DNA of 64,000 bases from Lingula anatina (taxonomy: Eukaryota; Animalia; Brachiopoda), in assembly GCA_051362555.1 (NCBI GenBank), contig CM120640.1, forward strand, positions 36,227,967 through 36,291,966. Direction: 5' to 3'. The stretch's first letter is position 1. Each line of letters opens with the position of its first letter. Below the pieces are notes generated by a model that did no database searches, had not been told where the DNA came from, and saw only the letters and a program-made list of their open reading frames with translations. Both the position numbers and the translations under genes were made by a program. Shown in pieces: positions 54,714 to 64,000 of the stretch.

Positions 54714-57700
54714 CACACACCACATAATAAGACCCCAAATTATTCTGCTGCAAGAGCAGAGAATTATCAGAACAAAGCCCTTTCGTGTCTAAAAATTGCA
54801 CAGAACTAATCAATGCTTATTAATTACCCATTGATCCGTGTATAGATTTTCTTACTGCTTGACTATATCAAGATTACCCCTAATGCAAAGGACAGATAGT
54901 AACCGAACAACAATCAAGATTTCCAACTGCCAGTAGCAATGATCTAGAAGGGAATAACTATAATTTTTCCTGCTTCAATAAAGCTTTCTTCAGTACAAAT
55001 TATTCAGGCCAATATCCAAAACTGATCAAAGATATAGTCATGCTTAATGTCTTCAAACTTTCATTTCTATAGCTGTTTTTGTACTAGTATAGGACTTTAA
55101 GACTTTGAAACAATGGCTTGATAATCAACAAATATGATACCATAGCCAAAATGATAATCCTTCACGATTATTAAGACTATAAGCCTTAAAACAACAAAAA
55201 AATGTTCTAATCATATCACTGCTGTCACATCAAGTGCTCTCAGTTATATATATACCCACTGCTGCCAAGAGCAAAAATTCCAAATTTAATTTCCTCTTTA
55301 TCACATTTCTAAGGTCACATGCAAAAAATTGAAGTCAACATGATAAAATCCTTGTCAGCGCCTTGTACCTATATGTAACAGCAATACAGTTGCAGGGACA
55401 GCAATAATACTGCAAAATCAGACTCAGTAGCTACTAAATCAAGTTATCCACGTGGTATACCTGAGGATAATGAAAGATGACCACCATTAGCTATGTATTC
55501 AAGCAGATATATAGCCTCTTCCACACAGCCTCAACCAATCCTTACCTTGAGATTCAAATCCCTTTGGACAGTTTTGCCAATCTAATCACCTTCTCCTGGA
55601 GTTTACTATGATTTTACGAACTACTTACTCTGAAAGCAGGGGCCTTGTCTTGTGCTATGGCTATGGCTATCACAGAGTTTTTTCCATAACAAAGTGGCGT
55701 GGGCACTCTGATAAGAGGGGGAAATGGGAAAAAGAAATCAAGATGGAAATTATGCCCCATGCTTTTGTGTGCATGGTACATGTATTAAAGAGAAAGGAAA
55801 GACCCTGCATGATTAGAGGCTGGGTATTATCATACGTCAGATTTACCTGTCAGATAAGCAGATGGAAAGTATAATCAGATACAAAACAATCTAAAATATA
55901 CTTCTAGAATTTTTTTTCTTTTTTGCTGATATAAATTTTTTTCAATATAAAATCATATAAAAACATTTAAAAGCAAAAATAATTGTTTGCTGCCAGGGAC
56001 AATGCAATTTATATATACACTTTAATTGTTACCTTCTCATTCATTTACGGATACACCTGTAAATCTTAATGTCATGTTGATGACAAGATAAATATGCTTA
56101 AATAATATATTTCACACAAAAAAGATAACATTTTGAAACAAAAGCCAACAGGGCACCCCTTGAAACTACAAAATCAACCATTTGGCCTTAAGATGTGGTT
56201 TGTCAAGAGGGAATAGAGTTAGTTGAATACAGTAGTACTTCCAACTCCTAGTATATGTTTTATTACACAATCACTATGGGAAACATGACAAACAGTCCCA
56301 TCAATCACTTTTCTTCAATTGTTTTGCAGCCTGCAGCACTGGGAATTAACATAACAGATCAGCTTCTGGTGATGGCCTGGAACTATATATATTACCCATT
56401 ATAGTGTAACAATATCGATTCAAATGTATACAGGCAGAAGGATAAAAATCATGTATTCCCCTACCAGTCGTCTCTCGCTCTGAAACCTTATGTCTGAACT
56501 GTTCTGTATCACCTTACTAATAACTTCAAATTATTATTATCATCTTTTACGCCACTGTATAATTTTGAAACCATACACCACTAAGTTTGGTGAGACTGAA
56601 ATATATTTGAATATGAAGCATCTTGTGCATCATACAAGGTTGGTGTTTTTCATACATCACTTACCTTGACAGTTAGAAAGTGCTCAGTAAGTTTATGTCA
56701 TATGCCAGACGGAATGGTAACAAAAGAGATGACCGTCACCACTGAGCCTTCACACTCTTTTCCCACCGATCTCTGCTAAGTCACATTAACCTCTGTATTG
56801 CACAATCTCCATAAAACATTAATATCCCATTAAAATCCCATTCCGCAATTGTAAGTGTCAATCTTAAATGCATAAATACACGTCGGGTGATTTATCAGAC
56901 AACTGACTGTATCCTTCCTCCATAAGGTCTTTTTGCACTTACTTAATGTTGGGACAGCATCAGAGCACCTGTGGCTTTATTAAGCGTGAGATCTGACAAT
57001 ATTTTGGTGTTGGGTGAACTAGACTTGATGCATCCCATCATGTATCAGTCCAGAGTGTATGTGTCATAGCCGCAAGGCCTTACAACTGGAATCTGAGTCC
57101 AATCCAGTTAAACGGGTTACTTCACTTAGTTTTTTTTTTAATCACAGATGTCCCTCTGGTTGTTATTTTTGTAAATTCCATTTGTCTAATTTCTGAAAAT
57201 GTATGCTATCAGCCATACAAAGTGCATAATTTGATAAGGTAACAAGGGCATTAAGACAGATGATAAATAATGTAAAATCCCTGTCAGGGATGTACCGGAC
57301 TGACAACCCTCCCACTTACTATAAGCTGTCACACAGTGACACAAGATGGAACATAGCTCAGCAACTACAGCGATAGGGGATACACAATGACTGAGAAATG
57401 TGCTGCATGCAAACGCCTGTGAAGAATGATAATACATGAAACCCAATACTTTCCTATACAATTTTTTTCTCAGTCTCAGGTGAGAATTATTCAGAAGGTC
57501 AGAGAAAATGGATTTGAAAAGAAATAGATCTGCCTGTGAGGCAAATCAAAATCATTGGCAACAACACTAACAACACATATGCAAATTTCTATATACTAGT
57601 ACATCCAAGCCAAGTATGTACTACAGAATTCTCTGGGTAAATTTGCTCTAGCAAAGTAAATTCAAGACAAATGGTAAGCAGGTCTTTACTTTGCTAGGGA

Positions 57701-58481
57701 AAGCCAAATTCATAACTGACACAGTTCAAAATTTTGATTACGTCTAAAATTATGCAGTAATTTCGCTAATAAGTTATCTTATCGTATGACCCAACAGTAG
57801 CAGGTGAACCTACAGTTTTCCAATGCTCCATGCCACAGCAATAAAAAGAGAATAATAGATGCACTATTCATTAACCTATGGATTTCAGAAGGTTATGATC
57901 TCCATTATGGTCTACAACTTCAAAGTCATGCCCGATAAAACCGCAATCTGATCTCACATACCTAGGCCCTTATCATGCTTCTCTGATGTTATACAGAGTA
58001 GAAACAGCAAACACATTAACTATAAAAAATATCAACCTATATATAGATTGCATGCTCTCCTGATTAAAACACTATAAACAAGTCTGTATGACACTAACAT
58101 CATATCATCATGTGTAATGAATAATTAACTAGTAACTTTTTTGTCATGGACTCAAAAACATTTAGTGAATTTTGTTTTCAGAAAATGTAAGCTTCTAAAT
58201 TTATAACCTGAATGTCAAAACAAGACTATTTAAAACTTCGCTTTATCAGCTTAATCATTCTATCAAACAGGTATACCTCTGTGAAAAGTAAACACGAAAA
58301 TGATACTGAATGCTAGTGCTAATCATTAGAAAAGTGGTTTCAGGATATTTCAGTATGATCCAATATTATCTACTAAAGAAGATCACCAGGTTCCAAGGTT
58401 TTATTTGACTACTGCATAACTTACCACCTCTATCATATTTAAACATGGCTTTTTTGTAATGCCTAAAACATTGATTCTATC

Positions 58482-58488
58482 CCCCCCC

Positions 58489-58519
<31 letters not shown>

Positions 58520-58521
58520 AC
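58482..58521. repeat. Poly-C followed by (CA)n
   Basis: Directly visible. Confidence 0.95.
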
Positions 58522-58568
58522 CTTTAAAAATGTGGAATCTGTTTACAACACAGCTCCACTAACCCTAG

Positions 58569-58949
58569 AGGCTGTTTCACAAAAAGTGTAAAGTTAGTTT
58601 TGGGGCTAAAATCTTGGCCTACTAAAACATAGTTGACATAATTGCATTTCAGAAAGAATCTAAATGTTTGCTTACTAGTACCTTGTTTTTGCATTCATTT
58701 TTTACTTGGTCCCTTGAGCAAATTGTGATGGTATTGATAAAAGTGTTTGCTCTCAGCGATGAAAGTAGCACACTTACTGGTAGCTAGGTATGTCAAATAT
58801 ATTTACAGTGACCCAATCATTCTTAAAAAGCTATTACTAGTAAACCAATACTGCGGAATTGACTTTGCATAGCAGACTATCCAATTTTATCTAAGCTTGA
58901 GACTTTTTGTTCTTAGCTAAGAACTTCAGACTTTTTGTGCAACAGGCCA
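58569..58949. mobile_element. MITE, probably PIF/Harbinger-like
   Basis: Inverted termini AGGCTGTTTCACAAAAAGT / ACTTTTTGTGCAACAGGCCA, flanked by CTAG and CTGG. Confidence 0.6.
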
Positions 58950-60148
58950 CTGGATGGCACTGTGTAGGGGGAACACCAAGAAGAAATGAATGGAATCTAG
59001 AGCATTTCAATACAAAAGCATTTGCTTTTCTGTAGGACATCTTATCAAATAGAAAATTTATATCTTGCACATCATCAGAACATGTGCTTCAATGATCTTA
59101 TGCTTAACTTTTGTAATTATAAGATTTGTTTCAAAGTGCATGACTATTTGTTTATATTTGGCATTGTTTATTGTTTGAATCATCATTATCATGATAATCA
59201 TAATCAATATAAATATAAACTGATGTACATGATGATGTACTTCAGTTCGTTTGGGAAATAAATATATCAATTTAATTACAAATAAAAATATAATCCTTTT
59301 TAATGATTTCTTTCTGTTGCTTACTCAATATATTGAAAGACAAACTTTCAAACTATTTGTCAACAGGTAAGTCCCTTCTGTAAATAAAATTATAATTGGT
59401 CATGTCCCTTTCTATGGGAAAGATGGTGATAAATCACACATATCTTTAACTGACTCAAAACAAAACTCCTACATACCTCAGAACTTTGGTCCTGGCTAAT
59501 GACAGAACTTGTGCCAACTTGGAACATGTACAAAATGATCTGATAAAGCAGCTGTCCTACAAGTCCCTGACAGTAAAACAGCTGTGTAATTTAAATCCAA
59601 ATAGCTATATAATTTGTTGCCTTGCTCACCTTCACACTGTAACCCTCTAATTACACCCTAATACAGGTGCATGCTCTTTAAAACCCCTACTTAACCATGA
59701 TATGCAGCAGTATCAGCCAAGACCAGTGGAAATGCCCTATGGTCCTGTACATCTTTAGCAGTCACTTTAAGAAAACCATATATAATTATCAATGAATTAA
59801 GTAGACAGAAGGATGTATTAAACAAAAAGCTGATTGTACCCTGGAAAGATCAAAGGATTACAGGCTTCCCCTATCACAGCATATCTGTATATAGTGATCT
59901 GGTACTTGTTTTTGCATGTACCCGATACTTTGTTAAACTGTCATTTATCTTTTAAAGAGACTAATCTAACATATGATTAAGAACATGCAATTTGGTGAGC
60001 GTGCATATTTGCATGTATCTGTGTGCCAACATGTCACTGGAGACTGCTATCTTTGGCATTCACTACTTGCATAGAAAAATTGTATTTAACTTAGAAGCAT
60101 ATCATTGAAACATTTCATCACTTATGCAATTTTTACAGAACTGAATAA

Positions 60149-60374
60149 GGGTGCTTTCCCAGAGATTTAGATCGATCTAAAGATTAGGTTTTAGATCGAC
60201 CTAACTCCCTGGGGGTTCACGCTAAATTGCAGTCAGCCGAGCGGGCACCATAGTTAATTACCCCCTTACAGCTTTTAGTAGGCGGGACAGACGCTTAAGC
60301 CGGCCAAGCTGACAGTAATCTAGTGAGACTCCCCACAGGGATAGATCGATCTAAAAATCTATGGAAATGGGGTG
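60149..60374. mobile_element. PIF/Harbinger-like MITE, copy 2
   Basis: TAA target duplication; the interior is collinear and highly similar to 14161-14375. Confidence 0.85.
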
Positions 60375-61290
60375 TAAGTCCTTAAGGCAGAGGGGAGGGG
60401 GGGCACATGACTTAAAGTGCACATCAAGTTGTCACACCTATCACAGCCCCATTCCCTGATAAACTTTGACCATTAGATGCAATATATATTGACTGAAGTA
60501 TCAGTTTATTTCACAAGCTATAACCAAGAGAACATACAGTGGATGTTATTCAGATTGAGCTAAATTCTTTCTTTTTTATGAACCAGTGCTGTCAGAATGA
60601 TCAGTGCTTCACAATGAGACATTTCCAATCTCTAGAAAACCAGGTGTTACAGTTTATACAAAAAAAATGAATGGATGTCCAATGCTAGGTGTAACTAAAG
60701 TAAACACCGACTTTACACATGAAAAATTCCTATGATAGCAAATATTTCTACCAGCATAAACCTGTCACATTTCTCACCTGAGAAAATATGCATCATGACA
60801 TCACCTATATAAGATACTATTGATGAGACATCAATCTGATGTCTCAAAGAAGAAAATCTTACAAATGGATTTCAAAAGAGAAAAAAAAACATTACAAGTG
60901 CCAGTCCAGGAATCAAGTCCAGGAATCAAGTTTTACTCACAGTGTACAGGTACCTTGTCTAAATGCTTTGAGTTAAAACTATCCTATAATCCACCTGTCC
61001 ATACATCCTATACGACTTGAACTTGTACATTTTTTTCTATTCATCACCATACTAGTATTTGTATGATACAAACACAAAGATGAAATTGGTGATCATGAGA
61101 TTCCATAAATACTTGAGTCTCGGGGACAATAAAAGTTTTCAATACCTACCGCCATAATCACTCAGTCAGTGTGTACAGACCTATATAAAAACTAGGACAC
61201 TGCAAACATAAACCCAAATTCATATCTTTCAACAAAATGTCAACAAAACCCCTGGGAATTCAACACATAAATGGAGACAAATATCAAGAC

Positions 61291-61760
61291 CTTACCTTAC
61301 GTGAGATAGGTCCGGGCAAAGAATACCTCTATTATCTATGAGGCACACTACGCACTCAATACTAACCTGATATATTCTCAACCTTAAGCTAAGTGACTAA
61401 ATCATGGAGGAAATATTCAAACAAGTATCCTATTCAAATCAATACGGGTGTTCCGTCAAGTCTTGTTTACTCAGGTCAATAGGCAGGCACAGCTACCGGT
61501 TTTCGAGTGTTTTTTTCTCCTCCCTCTACCATATATAGGTATGTTAGACACTATCTGTGCTGCCTTCACCCCCGCAGCTCGTCAGCCCCCCAGGTGACGT
61601 CAAGCTAAAGGACACATTCCATGACAGCTGTAATCTGAGATATGTCAATGATAACCAACAAGGTGTCAACCAATGTTTTGGACACTTAAAGGGCCCATTA
61701 TTCACTTGCTGGGTACACAGCGTAATTTGATTTTAAACTGAATGATTGGCTGGTGATATG
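61291..61760 (-). promoter_or_regulatory. Candidate distal promoter and non-coding first exon of the three-LIM gene
   Basis: Tandem GTAAG donors (61291-61300), TATA/CArG-like CCATATATAGG (61529-61539), a perfect CRE TGACGTCA (61595-61602), E-boxes CAGGTG and CAGCTG, CCAAT at about 61744, and local CpG enrichment. Confidence 0.45.
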
Positions 61761-62020
61761 TTTTCAGAATCCACTAATGATTTTTCAGAGGGTGTTGAAC
61801 TCTTTGGTCTTTGCTCACAGTACCTTCTCTCATAAGCTTAATGTCTTCTATTGATAAAGTCAGATGGATTGATTTTCTTCTATTTTATTTCAATGTCCCA
61901 GTATATTCATTTTCTATTTTAAATCTGATTTTAACTCAAAGTTAACACTGACATAATATGCCACTTTCAGGACCATCGAAGTATTAATTTGTTAAGAAGT
62001 AACTGTTCAAAACATTATTG

Positions 62021-62080
62021 TCACATTAATCTGCTATATATTTCACATTAATCTGCTATTATTCTTCACATTAATCTGCT
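62021..62080. repeat. Minisatellite, 3 copies of TCACATTAATCTGCT (22-23 bp period)
   Basis: Directly visible. Confidence 0.9.
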
Positions 62081-63111
62081 CTATATGTGTAACTCAAATG
62101 AAGATGCACTTGGAGACAAACTTGCATACCATATGACCAGTCAACCTTTCCCTGCACTCTGACAGTAGCCATCCAAACACATGCTTAGTACGTAGTTACA
62201 TTCATTGTGGTTTCACACAACTTATACCAATTGTTTAGTAATTCTATTTATCTGATGCTGATTAATGCTCAAGAAATGCCATGGGTAAACCACTGCTGAT
62301 GATGTTTATATTCATAATTCAAGGCCTCCAACTAAAGAAATCAGAGCTTTCCATTTATTCTTCCTAAAATAGATATTTCTTTAATAATAATAATTAAATA
62401 ATAATAAAAAACATTCATCATCAAATGTATATGGTAGTAATAAAGTGAATAATTTCAAATGGGTCTTCAGATACTTGGGAAGAGGTTTATTAGTTAAGAG
62501 ACACCAGAGGTACAGGCAATGACTAATTCTAATTAAATAACTGCTAACATGTAAATATTCAGGAAATAAATTTTAATAAAGTATCTTATTTGTCTCGGTG
62601 CAATATCTGCTGATCCCCATGTATCACGGTTATAGCAAGATAAACTAGATACTTCCTACAGCAAGATGGATGTACTGCCATTGGCAAAAATCCCATATAT
62701 CAGTATCCCACCTATCTGGCACAAAGCTGGATGTTGGCAGTACCTCACAAAATATAGAAAGGAATTCAGATTCATGCTGTTACAAAGAATGAATCCGTCG
62801 ATGTGACGAGGGGAAACTGATATGATTTATGTGTATTTCTAATTTCTATCGTTAGACAACGTCAATGGTCCTAGGACTAAATCACCACAACGCAAAGAGC
62901 TGTCAGTTGAACTGGAACGCAATCCTGGCTGTGCAGTGTTTGTCTTGTTCAACTTTCATTGTTATGGAATTTTTGCGTTCCTTTTTCAATTTGTCACTTC
63001 CGACACAAGCATTTAGCAATTATAATGACTAGTTTGTATTTCAGGTTATTCCCCTTATTCTTACATATCTAAATTGCATGGACACAAGTAACTCACTGCA
63101 GCAAATAATTC

Positions 63112-63534
63112 ATGTCAGCTGCAGCGCCCACTTACCGAGATCTGCTTGCATTCACTTCCAAGTCTACGTCAACTCAAAATCTCGTCAACTACAGCTGTGG
63201 CCGCGGTCTATTGATTTTGACTGTGACACCGTTATCATTGCAGCAGGTGCGCTTCTCGGAACACCCGGATGTGTTTAATTAGAGGTGCTTTAGTTTTCTC
63301 TGTAAAATGAATGCAATTATCATAGCAACTAACGTGAAATCATGAATCTCGTATTCTCCAGTATTGTACTATATAATTACTTTGTAACAGAGATCATTTC
63401 AGGGCATTATATTGGATGTCCCCACACGAACCAATAGGATTTGGATTGTATTCGTTTCTGCGTGATTACAACATCATTTAGCCATGGACGAGAGGGAACC
63501 AAGTTGTAATCCTGTGGAGCCGCTTCTTCAACAG
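63112..63534 (+). other. Possible first coding exon(s) of a downstream + strand gene
   Basis: CpG-rich zone with two ATG-to-donor segments in phase 0: 63112-63246 (MSAAAPTY...PLSLQQ|GTGCGC) and 63484-63534 (GCCATGG context, MDEREPSCNPVEPLLQQ|GTATGA). No homology recognised. Confidence 0.3.
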
Positions 63535-64000
63535 GTATGAGGCGTCGACTAATTAAGATTTTGATTAAAGAATTTAAAGTATTCTTCAATTATCCTTCGT
63601 TAAAAAAATCATGGTTTATATTAGATCAGCCAGATTGATCTATTTGCCGGGTAAGGTGAATCGTCATGGGGGTAGATTGAGCAATGTCAATGTTTACACT
63701 GTGCTGGTGTGGCTCATTTAGTCCCAGGATATGGGTGTTGCCTGTTATCAAGATAACGCTGTACCCCTAGTAACTCACTTCAGTTAAGACCTTTGAACGA
63801 CATCAATGGCTTGTGAATAAATCGGCCTCAAACTGGATGTGTGTAATTTATTAAATTCATTCCTGATCAATCCACTCCCAAAATTCCAAAATGCTTCAAA
63901 GTTTTTGCCTCTGGTCTCTAATTAACTGTAGTGCTAAAATATGAACATCACAATCACTGTACAGTGTGTGGTGCAGCTTGGATTGTATCCTCCCCTAGGA

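Noticed and set aside
54067-54813. Several short ORFs with mutually similar sequences
   Set aside because: They are translations of the 160-bp tandem units of the Helentron-like element.
57040-57140. tRNA/SINE-like segment with a B-box-like GAGTCCAATCC and a T run
   Set aside because: No cloverleaf or A box could be built; it is too degenerate to call.

Overview
AT-rich, intron-rich animal (eukaryotic) genomic DNA; the gene and transposon types suggest a lophotrochozoan such as a mollusc, which is an inference. I assembled the exons by hand from GT-AG boundaries and reading-frame phase. (1) The 5' part of a CECR2 orthologue on the minus strand runs off the window start. Its 9.5-kb intron holds a complete antisense nested gene for a secreted, probably GPI-anchored protein with a neuritin/CPG15-like 6-Cys domain on a Thr/Ser stalk. 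(2) A QSER1/PRR12-like (DUF4211) gene lies head-to-head with CECR2. (3) An intergenic transposon nest at about 26.7-33.5 kb contains an L1/Tx1 relic, a CACTA/EnSpm-like TIR element carrying an old Gypsy relic with strongly asymmetric CpG decay between its LTRs, and a MITE inside a Crypton-like element. (4) Two tandem CRP/muscle-LIM genes lie on the minus strand: a single-LIM gene whose second zinc finger comes from duplicated, apparently mutually exclusive exons, and a three-LIM gene with a probable internal promoter for a canonical two-LIM isoform. (5) A candidate small secreted 8-Cys peptide ORF sits in the 5' intron of the three-LIM gene. MITEs, Helentron-like satellite-bearing elements and microsatellites are scattered throughout. 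No prokaryotic systems, CRISPR arrays, tRNA or rRNA genes were seen. Homology calls come from remembered family motifs, not database searches.
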